From Monocercomonoides exilis PA203 (taxonomy: Eukaryota; Protista; Preaxostyla), in contig LSRY02000012.1 of the NCBI GenBank assembly GCA_001643675.2, positions 682,001 to 746,000 of the forward strand: DNA of 64,000 nucleotides, given 5' to 3'. The notes below the pieces were generated by a model. That model did no database searches. It saw nothing but the letters and a program-made list of their open reading frames with translations, and was not told the DNA's origin. Position 1 is the stretch's first letter. Every line of letters begins with the position of its first letter. The translations under genes and the position numbers were made by a program. Below, piece by piece: positions 34,943 through 48,801 of the stretch.

Positions 34943-37900
34943 ATGAAAACAACATCAGCATTATTTCGGAGACTCATTTTACTTTATGCATTATTATTGG
35001 GTAAATTTTTACAAATCGAATCCAAACCAGAGAAATTTTCATCAACACGGAAAGCTTCTGAAATAAATCACATTTCAAAAGTTCTTCGGAATTATCAAAG
35101 ATTTGAAAATGCAAACAAAAATGAACAAGCTTTGATTGAAAAAAGAAGTATATGAATTCTCAAATCATTCTTTTAACTTTAATAAACCATTAATGTTTAT
35201 GATTCCTTTTTATGTGACATTCTTTTCCTTTTCAACGAAATTTGTTTCTGTCATTATTTATGTTTTTTAAATTTTTTTAATGGACAATACCTTTTTCCTC
35301 AGGCGCAGTTCATATACAATGTCGTATATCAAATTCGACAGCTTCGTGGAGAAAATGCAAACTGTTGATAAAGAAGAATTCAATGCATTTAATGGACGAG
35401 TGCTCAAATCTGAACATTGAGGATTGCATATTTGAAATTCAAAACGATTCGCAGAATTCACCGTTTTCCTTAAGTTCTGGTAGTTTATTTCTTTTGAATG
35501 TCTCTGCAAATGTCATGAATAAATGCTCAAAGATTCGTCCATTTGTGGATTCTCCTGTTAGTTGCGCGAATTTTAGAGCAAAAGGATACATCACTATTGC
35601 ATTTTCTTCACTATGTTCATTTCAAACAATCTCAAAGGATCCACTCCTTTGTTCAAATTCGTTGTCAAGAGCTTTATTATTTAATTGTTTCTTTAGAAAC
35701 ATCTCTGGATCATGCTGCAAAGAAAACGAAAAGTGGGAACAGCCAAAGTGCGATAATTTTATTTCTTGTTGCACTTTCAACACCGTAGAGGATGAAATGT
35801 ATGGAAGAATAATGTCATCAATTGACGAAGGAAACTCTATTTGTGCTTTTAATACCACATTCCTGAATGACTTCCGCTCAGGACAAATAGGTGAGTCAAA
35901 TAATAAAACTATGAAGCAACAAATTCTTCAAGAAAATGAAAACTACATCTTCAAAGAATGCGAATGGCATTCATGTACTGCTTTAACTGGAAATGATCGT
36001 AAAACAACAAGTTCAAGCGGAGCTGCAATTTTTATCAATGGACAACTGTCTGCTTCACTAAATATTGATTCGTGTCTATTTATGGACTGCAACACAAGCA
36101 CAGATGGAGGAGCTATTTTGAGCTTGTACATCAGGAGCTTTATAATCACTAATTCATCTTTTGCATTGTGCAATGCTTTGACAAACGAAGCTGGAGGAAT
36201 ATGTGTATATCATACAAGCGAATGCTTTTCTATGAGTTGCATAAAATTCGATAATTGCTCTTGTCAAACTTATGGAGGAGGTATTATGATGGAACGTGAT
36301 GATTCTGAGAGTGAATTATGCATGTTTACGGACAACTCTTATCGTGGAATGTTTCAGCACCACAACTGCACATTCATTAAATGCAAAACAGGAAAACTTG
36401 GAGGTGGGGGAATTGAAGCATATGGATATACATCGAAATTTTTCACACTTCGAAGTTGCTCATTTGAATCATGCAGTTCTTTTAGAAATGGAGGAGGGAT
36501 TTCAGCATCTTTATCAGGAATAACAGAACTGAATCCAAAATTGTTTTATTTTTGTGCATTCAAAGGAAATAGCGGTAATGGCAAGGATGTTTATCTTGAA
36601 AATAGTGATGTCTGTTTGACTGAGTCACCATTTGTGGAATCTTTCACACTTACTGAAGGTGGAAACCACTTATTTCTTTCCAATCATGGATGGAACAAAC
36701 TTAGTTGGTTGCCTTATGGATTTATACGAAAGTTTGTTGTTGGAGAAAATGGATCAAGCATGGAAATGTGTGGGTTTTCAATAGAAGAAGGGTGCAAAAC
36801 TTTGGAAAATGCTTTGCTCAATAATACTGGAGAAAGTCATGTGAAAGCATTGATAATTGTTGGAAATTACAACTTGTTTAATATGAACGGTATGAGCTTC
36901 AATGCTATAGACATGTCCATTACTGGACAGAATTTGAAAGGTGAGCACACACAACTGCTAAATACAGGGATAGAATCAGGGCGTTCAATGTTCACTGTAA
37001 CTTCATGCACATTAGAGATAACTGATATTGAGATTGTTCATTGTAGTAATGGTTCTGGGAGGACTCTTGTTACTGGGGATGATCAAGGAGTGATTATGTT
37101 GAAAAGAGTTCAAATTGGTTTTTTGGAGGAATCTTCACAGACAGCTATTGAAGAATCTCCTTTCTACGCAGCATATGGACAGATACAATTTTCTGAATGT
37201 TGCATTACCAGATTACAGCTGAAAAGAGTTGCGCTTTTTGAAGGAGCAACAAACGTGTTGCTTAAAGATACAGAAATATCAAACATCATCCGCAAGGAAG
37301 GAAATGGAGCAATATTTGATCCAATCATAGGAGAAGGGGAGATATGGGAATTGAATAACATAAGTTTGAAAAATTGTCAGTGTGAGAACGGTAATGGAGG
37401 AGCCGTTTATGTGCGTGTGGAGAAAAGCGGAATGATGCGAATGGGAAACGTTCAAAATGTCAAGATGAGAGAGTGCAAGGTGTCAATAGAAGAGGAAGCA
37501 AAAAGAAAAGGTGGAGGGATATTTATTGATGTTGGTGATGATCAGAGCGGATTTGAATTGAAAAATGTGTTTTTTGAAGGATGTGAAGCATGGACAGGAA
37601 AAAAAATATTTTTGAGAAGCGCAAATTTGAAGCGAATTGTAAATGAGGCAAACATTGGATGGATAATGAATGATGAAGAAAAAAGAAAACTGGACGAACT
37701 TAATGGATTTGAAGGAGATACAACTGGAGAAGAGTATGTCATCCCACTGGTTGTGTATCTGTGGCATAATCTCAGCGGAGCAGTACATGTAAATGGACAA
37801 CGAGGCTTCGATTTTAGCGGATGTGGATATGAAGTGGCACCATGCTCTTCAGTTGATTGGGCTGTAGGAATATGGTGCGATCTATCACCATCAAATGAAT

Positions 37901-40900
37901 TACAAATTTTAATGGAAACTGAAATTGTTATTAAAAATGCCATTTGTTTCAGAGTTTCTTCAACAGAAACTGCTTATAGAATCATCGGAAAACAAGAATT
38001 AACTTCAATTTCTGTTGAAAATGCAATTGGAGTCGATCAGCAAACATCAATTATATATTCAAATGTTGTGTTAACTTTCGAAAATACTTTTTTTCAACTT
38101 CCAAATGTGATGAAGGAAGGAATTAACCAATTATTCTGGAGTAGTTCGAAATTAGAGCTGACAAATTGCATGTTCGAATTGATAGAAGGGACAACGATAG
38201 GATATTCATTAATTGAAATTGAAGGAGGTTCACTTGAGGGAAAGTGCGTTATAATTGGTTCTGAACTCTTTGAAACTGTTGTTGAAACGGGACATAATCT
38301 GATATCAGTTTCCGGAAGAATGAAATTAGAGGAGTGGAACTTTTTCGGCTGTGTGCAGAAGGACGGAAATGGTTCGTGCATTGACTTGAAAAGAGTGAGT
38401 CAGATAGATGGAGCAAGCATGAAGAACTGCTCATTTTGTGATTGCGAATCCCGAGGAGTGAATAGAGTTGGTGGAGCGATCGCGACAAGTGTTGAAGGAG
38501 ATGGATGGTTGACTTTCGAAAATTGCACGTTTTCGGGGTGCAAAGTTGGACAAGGACTGGAATATAATAAAGGTCTTGGTGGAGGATTCTATGTTGAATG
38601 CAATGGAGGGAGATCAGGAATTAATCTTGCAGACTTACAGTTTCAAGATTGCGAGGCTTGGAAAGGAAAGAATATATTTGTGTGCGGAGAGTCTCTCTCT
38701 CGGATAGTTATAAGAGAACATTTTGCATTTGATTTTAAACTTGATGTGAGTGATATTCCAGACCTTGAAGAAATGAATGGATATGAGAATGGAGATCAAA
38801 GTTATGCTTTGCCACTAGTGGTATTTCTTCGAGAATTCGTACCTCCTTATTACGTGGGAAATGACGGAAATGATGTGAAAGGATGCGGGTTTAAAGACTT
38901 TGCATGCCAGACAATTATGCATGGAATATCTTTATGTGATGGAATAGACCTTTCCCAAATTCGATTGCTTCCACAATTTTGCATCCGGAATCGACTTGTA
39001 TTTTGGGAAAATTCCATTCAGATGGACGTCGAAGAGAAAAACACAACAATACTGTTTGGATATGAAGGAGAATTGAATGGAAATGGAATCATTGAAATGC
39101 AAAGCAAAGTAACTATCACAGGAATTCGGATTAGTGTCGATTCGATTGTGAACGAAGAGATATCCTGCTTGCTTCACTGCAGTGGGTCAAAAACACATTT
39201 AAATGAGTGTAGTCTGGAGTGCGTAAATGGAGTAATGAAGATATCATTTATATGGATTACAAACGGGGAGATGATAATAGAGAATATGCAAATTGAATCA
39301 CTGAAATTATCATGTGGAGAAGGGTTAATATATTCAAAGGGAAACAGAACAACATGCGTGATGGAACAATGTGCTTTGAGGTTGTTAGAAGGAAACGTTT
39401 CTTTTGGAATGCTTTTATCAGCATCTGGATCAACTTTTGAGTTGAGGAATGTGGAGATTGAAAATGTTAAAGTTGTTGATTGCGGGATGATATGTTCAAA
39501 CGAAAATTCATCATTGAGTATGCATAATGTTACAATCGAAAACGAGGATCGCTTTAAAGGAAGTGGTGGAACTGTTGTTGGGGTTGTTGGAGAAGGAAAA
39601 ACGTTTGAAATGGAGAATAATACTTTGCGAAGTTGCAAGTGCATGGAGAGTGGACAGATGCGTGGAGGAGGAATTTTTATTGAGGTGAAGAAAGGAGGAA
39701 TTTTTCATTGGGACAAAGGGACCGTGCACGACTGTTTTGCGATGAAGTGTCAGGCCTTGGAGGAGGAATGTTTCTTAGATTAAGCGATGTTTCATTGGAG
39801 TATTGGATTAGAAATACAGAGTATACTGAGGATAAGGCTCATATTGGAAAGGATGTATATCTCGTTTGCCTATCTCCAAGCTTCATGGTGAATGAAGCAT
39901 GTTGGAAAGGGTCAGTGAATGAAGAAGATGAGCTGAATTCGAAGTGGGTTTATGATGACTCTGTAAGTCCGGTAATCAGCAATTCTTTGATTTTGTTTAT
40001 TTATCCTCCGTCAACAGCTGTTGTTTATGTGATGAGTGGAATAAAATCAGAGAATGATTGTGGGTATGCCCATCTGCCTTGTTCAAGTTTGATTGAAGGA
40101 TATTCAAAAATGAAGAACAATCAGACAACAATTCATCTCAATAATTCCAACAACCTTGATGGAGAGATCGATCGAAACGGAATTGGACTGACAGTTCGCG
40201 GACATACAGAGGAAAATAAGTCAAAACTTGAAATTGGGATACAAGGGCATTTCCGTATTGCGAGAGGAATTAGCACAACAGAACTTGTGCTAAGTAGACT
40301 AATAATTGATTTACCACATAAATCTGAAAAACATGAGCTCATTTATTCATGTGTTGGACGTGTTAGCGTGGAGCAGTGTGAAGTTTGTGCTGGAGAGGTT
40401 AATTCCAATACAGATTTGTTACTCTGTCGATTTGAAGGATCCGAAGGAGTGTTTGCAAGTGTTGTACTGAATGGCATCAACTTCAATGGAGATTCGGGAA
40501 TAGCGAGTGTTACCGGCGGCAAATTAACCTTGAGAAATGTTACAGTTGGAGAAATAGAAATGGAGGGAAGAGGACTAATAATTGGAAGAGATGGATTGGA
40601 AGTTGTGTTGAGAAATTGTTCATGTAATGGATGTTTGACGAAAAAAGGGCAAGTGCTGAATCTTGAGAATGCAAAGATAGTGGATATAAAAGAAAGATGC
40701 ACATTCAGGGGATGCAAAAACGAAGAAGGAAACGGAGGAGCATTATCATGCAGCATTTCTTCAGATGAGCAGGTTGAAGTGGAAGAAACAGAAATGGAAG
40801 AATGCTACGTCAATGAAGATACAGGGAAAGGAGGAGGGATGTATTTATACATGTTCGATGATTCGAAAAATTATGTTTCAATGGAAAACCCAACATTCAG

Positions 40901-43900
40901 AGAGAATAATGCATTTTCTGGAAAAGATATGTTTATTGAATGCAGAAATTTGAATGATACTGTTAACAAAAATCGATTTGTAATAAAAATTTTTGATGAA
41001 AATGGATTTCTAATTACAGATATGAAAGGAAAAGATAGAACAAACTTTAAAAACGATGATGTGGAACTCACATTATTTTTGATAAAAGGACAATTTGAGT
41101 CTGTTCTTGTGTCAGAATCGGGCTTGGACGTGTATGGCTGTGGAAAAAGAGAACATCCGTGCGAAACATTTGGAAAGGGATATGAGAATATTGATGCATC
41201 AGTGAGCGAAAAGAAGATGATCATTTCGGGAAAGATTCCAGTCACAAATGAGTTTTGCATATCTCAGTTTGTGATTGTATCATTTGATGAGGAAGAAGCA
41301 GGAATTATCGAAGTGAATGAAGGCATTGAAGGTGAGGATCAAGATTACGTTTTTCAAAATGACAAAGTGTTGCGATTGGAGAATATTGTGATTAACTTTC
41401 CATCAAAATTAAATGATCCTCATAAAATAGTTTTTAAATCAACAGGAAATGAATTAAAAATGAAGAAATGCAAGTTTCACAGTTTGACAAATGAAATCAA
41501 AGAGTTTTCCGTCGTTGAAAATTTGTGTGGAGTATTGCATTTAGTGGAGTGCGAAATACGCACAGGAATGTATTTGAGTGCTCCTTTAAAAGGAAAATCT
41601 TCAACTGTTCTTGAAACATGTACTTTTGAACATGTTTTGAGTCAGCAGCACAAGCAAGGAGGAATTATGGAAGCATTTATAAAAGAAGAAGAAATAATTT
41701 TTGTGAACGATACCACGATGGAAGAATGCGAATGCAATGAAAATGAAGGGAGAGGTGGGGGTCTATTCTTGAGCTGTGTTGAAGCCAGATCAGAGAAACC
41801 GTTTATATTTGAAGGAGTGAGATTTAGGAACAATAAAGCATGGAAAGGGAAAAACATTTTTGTTCTTTGCAGTGACTTAAATAAAACTGTAAACACGGAG
41901 ACATTTGCGTTTGGAAATGAAGGATTTGAAGATGATGAATCATTATATTGTGGAACAGACGCTTTTCATACTGATACCGATCTGCTTCGATTTTTAGTTA
42001 CATACAGTTCATCAATAGTTCATATATCATCTCGAGGTTTCGATGTTAAGCGATGTGGGAGCAAGAAAGATCCATGCCAAACATTTATAGAGGGAATGAA
42101 GCATTTCAATGTCGAAGAAATAACCAAAAAGATGACAATTGAGGGTTGTATTCCATTTCGAAATGGATTTGATCTTTCAGGATTTTGCATCTCATCTGGG
42201 CAGAGGGATGAAGAAGATGAAGGATATGGAGAAATAACTTTCTTGAAAGAAACAGAACAAGAAGAGGACCCAGAGATGATTAACAAGGAAGAATTAACAT
42301 TGACATTGTTAAAATTGTGGGGCTCAGAATCACTGAGAAGTGAGCAAAGAGGGCTTATTGCGAACGAAAATGGAAAGACACATTTGGAAAGATGCAGGAT
42401 CGGATGGACAGGATTAACAGAAGCAACGATGGATTGCAGCATTGCCTGGATTGTCAAAGGTGAACTTAGTGTTGAGTGTACTGTAATTGAGAAGATAAAT
42501 GTGAGAAACAATTTATTTTATATTGCAGATGGATGCAAAGTTCACGTTAAAGAAGTGGAGATCGAATCTGTGAAAATCGTAAGTGGAAGTATTTTTCGAG
42601 TGGTTCCTTTTATAGATCGAAGTGATGGAGAGAAGACAGAAATGAAGATTAATGAAAGTCGGTTTTTAAATGTTATTCGAGAGTCGAATGGGGCATGCAC
42701 ATTTTATCCTTCTTCTTGCAAACATATTGAGCTATTGATCGATGAAACAACTTTCATTCTATGTCAATCAGCAGAATCTGAGATAGGAGGAATGGGATTT
42801 TTTGAATTGAGTGAAAAAGGGTCGCTTCAAATGAAAGGTGGATTTGTGAATCAGTGCGGGTGTAGTCGAACGAAAGGAAAAGGCGGAGGAATATATTTGA
42901 GGAGTTTTGAGACAGGAAAATTGGATTTTGTTTTTGATAGATGTAAATTTACGGAGAACAGTGGTTGGAAGGGAAGAGATATATTTGTTGAATGTGAAGA
43001 TATCGAGAGGCAGATCCACGAGCAACAGTTCCAGATGGACTTGAATGAAGAGAAATATAACAGAATTAATGCAATTTTTGGGATAGATAACACAAAATAC
43101 ATAGACGAACCTGTTGATTTGATTGGATTTATTACCTATTTGCAAGAGAACATGATTATTGTTTCAAGTTCTGAAGGGAAAGGAGGAAGTGATGAAAGAC
43201 AGTGCGGGAAAATCAATTTCCCATGCAGAAGTGTTGAATATGGCCTTGGACATTTATATGGGGATATGTTTTTAATGTTGATTGTGGACGAAGCAAGTAT
43301 CATAGAAATGGAGATTAGGCTAGAAGAGATGACTTTACGTGGGCGAACACAAACAAAGGCAAGAATAGATATTGATGAAAGCATGAACTCAGAACTTGAA
43401 TGGGTTATTGATGTTGCGGGAAATGTTGTTGTTGAAGGAATATCTTTTTTTGTTTCGGTGACGGAAAACAAATCTCATCAATTTGTTTTTGGAGTTCAAA
43501 ATGGCTCGTTGAAGATTGTATTTTGTTCGTTTGGCAACAATATCATAACCAGCTGTTTTGGAAACGAAAAAAGTCTTGAATATAGGATTCCTGGAATTTT
43601 GAAAGCTATGGAAAGTACAATCACAATTGAGAAAGGAGATCTAAAGGAGATGGAAGTGGATAAATTAATTGATTGCGAAGAATGTGAGTTAGACATTTCT
43701 CAGCTGAAAATTTCATCTGTCAAAATAAATGGGAAAGGATTTAAACTAATTGACACAAGAACTTATATTAATGAATTAATATGTGTGAACCTATATTCGA
43801 CAATGTCGTTGTTTTCAACGAATTGCTCATCTGAATCTGCCTTTGTGATGAAATCTTCATCAATGAAAATAATAAGATTTGATAACAATTCAAAATGCAA

Positions 43901-46160
43901 ATTATATTTGAAGAATGAAAATTTTCCAGAAAATTTCTTTTCGGAAAGTGTTATAGAAAGTTCCTCAAATTCACTTTTTATTAAAATGGAAAACTGCACT
44001 TTTAGCCGAGATACGAATGGAAAAGAGAAAGGGAGCATTTTGTGTTTGGAAAATTGTGAAGAAGGTTGCTTCGATAATTGCTTGTTTGCTGGAGGAATTT
44101 TAAATGAAATCGGAAAAGATTTGAATAATAACCGTGAAAAGGAGCTGTGTAAGTGGAATGGATCTCTTGTGGATTTGAAAAAGAGCAAAATTGAGATGAA
44201 AGACACAATGATCTGCAACTCCTCAAAAGGAGGAATGAGTGTGAGTGGAGGGTACGTGACGATTGAGACAGGTAATTTCAGCAGCAACAGCCCTTTGATT
44301 GAGAATTACCCATCTGTGCGAAGAAACATTATTTGCTCTGATTCTGCTTCGCTGACTATTTCCAGTTTGAAAGGAGGAGATGGCTTTGAGAAAAACACAT
44401 CACTTTGGCTTTTGAATGAAGGATGCCTCTTTGAAGGGATTGCATCAGAAAGAGCATCTCCATTCTTCATTCCAGTGTTAGAGAGTGTGGAAACAAAAGA
44501 AGAAGGAGCAGAAGTGGATATTGTGTTCAAAGGGAAGCTGCTGCTCCCTTGCAACTTATCGTTCATGGTTGTGAAACAAATAGGTGATGAAAAGCAGATC
44601 GAAAAATATGGGTTTGATGCAAGCGGTTTCATATCAGAGAAAGAGATACATGGGTCTGTTCCTGTCAAGACAATTGAAGGTGTACCAAGTGAAGCAGAAG
44701 TGAAAGTGTGCATTCTTTTTGGGGATATTAATAATCCATCTTCAACAGATTCTTTCAACCTGAAGAACAGAAGTGAACCCAAAACAAATGGAGATGAAAG
44801 GATTGCTGAAGGAAGAAAAGAAGGAAAATCGATATGGCCAATCATTGTGATTATTATGGCCTTTGTTCTTTTAATAATTCTAATGATTGCGGTGATTTCA
44901 ACTGTTCGATGGAGAAAGCAAAAGAGAAGAACGGAAGAATTAGAAATAATTGTGGAAGATACAGTGAAGAAAGATCCGAAGGCGATTGAAATGGTGACGA
45001 TGGAAATGTCGCCTGAGGAGCAGTGGAGGAGAGCAGAGAAGGAGGCGGAGAAGAAGAATGAAGAGAGGATAAAGAAGAGGGTGTATGCGAAAAGCTTGGG
45101 ACACTCGGAATCATCGGAGCATCTTCTATCTGAGAGTGGATCGACTGAATATATCTTGGGAAGAGATTCAGACAAGATTCCAGAATGGGCATTGGAGAAG
45201 GTTGATGAGAAAGAAGAAGAGATAAGAAAGAGAACTCCGTCGCCATCCATTTCATCCACTTCAACCACAGACACTTCAGACACAGAATCCACTTTTGTTC
45301 GATCAGAGAGTCTGTGTCCAACCACTTCATCGATGTCGAATCTGGTGGATGCAATGGCCTGCTCTTCACCACATGAGAAACTGATTGTGGACTTGAGGGA
45401 TTCGCTGTTCATGCTTTTGCATGGAAGAAATGAGAAAAAAGAGATGGCGATTGGCACCTTTCAGGAGAGAGAATATGCAGCTGTCCAAATCCTGTTCTGG
45501 GTGGCTAATCTGGCACTGCACTCCTTTGATGAAATGAACAATCCGCTCTCTTCCCTTGCCAATCTGAGTCCACATATTGTGTTGTTCTCAGAACATATGG
45601 TTATCTGCATTGTGATGCACTCAGATTTATTGTCCGATGATGATTCAGATTCATCATCCATCTCTTCGTCAACTGTTGTGACATCTGCAAGTGATTGTGA
45701 TGATGATGATGATTCTCTTCCCTCGTCTGCGTTTGAGGATGAGGATGACTTCAAAAAAGAGTGCCTGAGGTGGAAGGCGCCTGAGCTGCTGATGAACAAG
45801 AAGATGGGGGCAACCAAGGAGTCGGTTTCATTCTCAATTGGGATGATGCTGTGGGAGTGCCTGACACTCAAGATCCCGTTTGGGGAGTATGAGGCAGAGG
45901 CAGCTGAGCAGAAGATTGTGAATGGAGAGAGGCCAGATATGAAGCTGGTGGAGAAGTGTGGAATGTCGCATGTTGTAAGAAAATGCTTTTCGCCAGATTC
46001 TTCGCAACAACCAACGCTGGGCAATCTGAAAAGAGAGTTCATCCAGCGCTTTCCGGCAGGGGCAGTGATGCTGACTGTGACAGATGCAATCGACTTGGAG
46101 GAGCCATCAAAAGAGGAGGAAGAAAGAACAGGAGAAGACATAGGAACCATGTTGTCTTGA
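34943..46160 (+). CDS. Giant single-pass receptor 2 (same family, ~3687 aa); exon 34943-35147, intron 35148-35302, and a 1-nt frameshift at 39735-39738 joining track ORFs 35365..39783 and 39708..46160
   Basis: Signal-peptide exon MKTTSALFRRLILLYALLLG splices (GTATAT...CTCAG) in frame to the 35365 ORF. One extra T in the T4 run restores DCFCDEVSGLGGGMFLRL, matching the paralog motif GCFCSSSNGIGGGILLRL. Seven CG..C modules, TM at ~44830-44905, pseudokinase tail. Confidence 0.8.
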
Positions 46161-46464
46161 GAGATAATGGAGAATAACAGTGAGCAAAAATGCCAGAAAC
46201 TATTTTTAAGTTTCTCAAGAGAATGCATTCCGTCAACGTGGAAACCAGAAAATCAAGAATGACGAATTGTGTATGATGCAGAAGCCTTTCTGTTGCAATA
46301 CATAATTTTTCATGAAAAATTCAATGAAACATTTTTTGCAGATGATTATTTCTTTTTTTCATTTTCAATTGGATATCCATTAACACCCCCTTGCAAAAGC
46401 ACGCTTCAGGTTTTGGGCACTTTCACTTTTGAAAGATAGAACCCGAGCTCTCAACCGATTTTCC

Positions 46465-46525
<61 letters not shown>

Positions 46526-47613
46526 CCTTTTTCCTTTTTTGTTGAAATTTTGTGTTTATGAAAATGTTTGTGATTTTAAAAGAGTTTTCAGTTAGTTGAG
46601 ATTTATTTTTCGTTTGAAATATATGTTTTCAATTCATATTCATTTGTGATTCAATTGAAAGATTTTGAGTTTTTATCAAATCAACACCTTTTGAATTTCT
46701 TTTTATTTTCCCCTTTTCCGAATTATTTGTTGTAATTCATTTTTTCTTTAATTTCAGAAATGTGAATCTTATTTTGTTGATTTGGGCATGTGAAGTGCAT
46801 CTTTCTTTTGAGAGAGAATTTGGTTTTAAATTGATATTAGCTGTTATCTTCTCAATTGGAAGATAACTCTTATATTTTTGAATGTTTTTGCTCTGTTAAT
46901 AAAGCAAATTATTGTTCTAAACAGTTTATAAGACAAAAAATAAATAAATAAATAAAATAAAATAAAATAAAATTTAATAAAATAAAATAAAATAAAATAA
47001 AATAAAATAAAATAAAATAAAATAAAATTAAATAAAATTAAATAAATAAAATAAAAAATAAAAAATCATCATCATGCAATTCAATGAAAACAACGTTCAG
47101 TCAAAACAGGGTGCAACCTCACGGCATATAGTCGTATCCATTTTAGCGTCAACTTTTTAATGTGACTTTTTCCATTTTTGGAACTTTTTTTGTTTTTGAC
47201 TGCCAACTTTCAACAAACATTGATTTACTTTTTTCACTTTAATACAATGTTTTTACATATTTTAAACAATTCATTACTAGTTTGTTTTATTATTTTAGTT
47301 TGTTTCTCACTGAGTTATAGCGTTTTTTTGAATTTTTGAAAGACACTTTTCTCAGCGAACTAAGCTTTTCCAAAAAATGTGAAACACAGTTTTGTAAACT
47401 GTTAACATTTATCTATTTATGCTTCAAATCTCAAGTTCTACATTTATTTATTTTGACACTTTTTTCTCATTTTATTTTTTCACAAACATGCAAACATAAA
47501 ACTGATTATTTCTTTGAAAATATGATGAAACAATATAAATAAAATTATGATATAAATAGCATATACTTTTTCAATGAAGTGTTGTTAAAATGAAACATTA
47601 ATTTTTTCTATTT
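44466..47613 (+). repeat. Left arm of ~6.3 kb palindrome
   Basis: Reverse complement of 47687-50800; stop 46160 mirrors stop 49106. Differences I found: one substitution (46009 vs 49257) and homopolymer lengths. Confidence 0.97.
46937..47064 (+). repeat. (AAAAT)n microsatellite, mirrored at ~48230-48358
   Basis: Direct inspection. Confidence 0.9.
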
Positions 47614-47686
47614 GTCAAGAACTTAACTTTGTTTCAAAAACTTGATCATTGATCATTTTAAGTTTGCACCATTTGTCTTTAAAAAT

Positions 47687-48767
47687 AAATAGAAAAAATT
47701 AATGTTTCATTTTAACAACACTTCATTGAAAAAGTATATGCTATTTATATCATAATTTTATTTATATTGTTTCATCATATTTTCAAAGAAATAATCAGTT
47801 TTATGTTTGCATGTTTGTGAAAAAATAAAATGAGAAAAAAGTGTCAAAATAAATAAATGTAGAACTTGAGATTTGAAGCATAAATAGATAAATGTTAACA
47901 GTTTACAAAACTGTGTTTCACATTTTTGGAAAAGCTTAGTTCGCTGAGAAAAGTGTCTTTCAAAAATTCAAAAACGCTATAACTCAGTGAGAAACAAACT
48001 AAAATAATAAAACAAACTAGTAATGAATTGTTTAAAATATGTAAAAACATTGTATTAAAGTGAAAAAGTAAATCAATGTTTGTTGAAAGTTGGCAGTCAA
48101 AAACAAAAAAGTTCCAAAATGGAAAAAGTCACATTAAAAAGTTGACGCTAAAATGGATACGACTATATGCCGTGAGGTTGCACCCTGTTTTGACTGAACG
48201 TTGTTTTCATTGAATTGCATGATGATGATTTTTTATTTTTTATTTTATTTATTTAATTTTATTTAATTTTATTTTATTTTATTTTATTTTATTTTATTTT
48301 ATTTTATTTTATTTTATTAAATTTTATTTTATTTTATTTTATTTATTTATTTATTTTTTGTCTTATAAACTGTTTAGAACAATAATTTGCTTTATTAACA
48401 GAGCAAAAACATTCAAAAATATAAGAGTTATCTTCCAATTGAGAAGATAACAGCTAATATCAATTTAAAACCAAATTCTCTCTCAAAAGAAAGATGCACT
48501 TCACATGCCCAAATCAACAAAATAAGATTCACATTTCTGAAATTAAAGAAAAAATGAATTACAACAAATAATTCGGAAAAGGGGAAAATAAAAAGAAATT
48601 CAAAAGGTGTTGATTTGATAAAAACTCAAAATCTTTCAATTGAATCACAAATGAATATGAATTGAAAACATATATTTCAAACGAAAAATAAATCTCAACT
48701 AACTGAAAACTCTTTTAAAATCACAAACATTTTCATAAACACAAAATTTCAACAAAAAGGAAAAAGG

Positions 48768-48801
<34 letters not shown>

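Noticed and set aside
46937-47064. Regular short repeats as a possible CRISPR array or telomere
   Set aside because: Simple AAAAT microsatellite with no spacers, internal to a eukaryotic locus.
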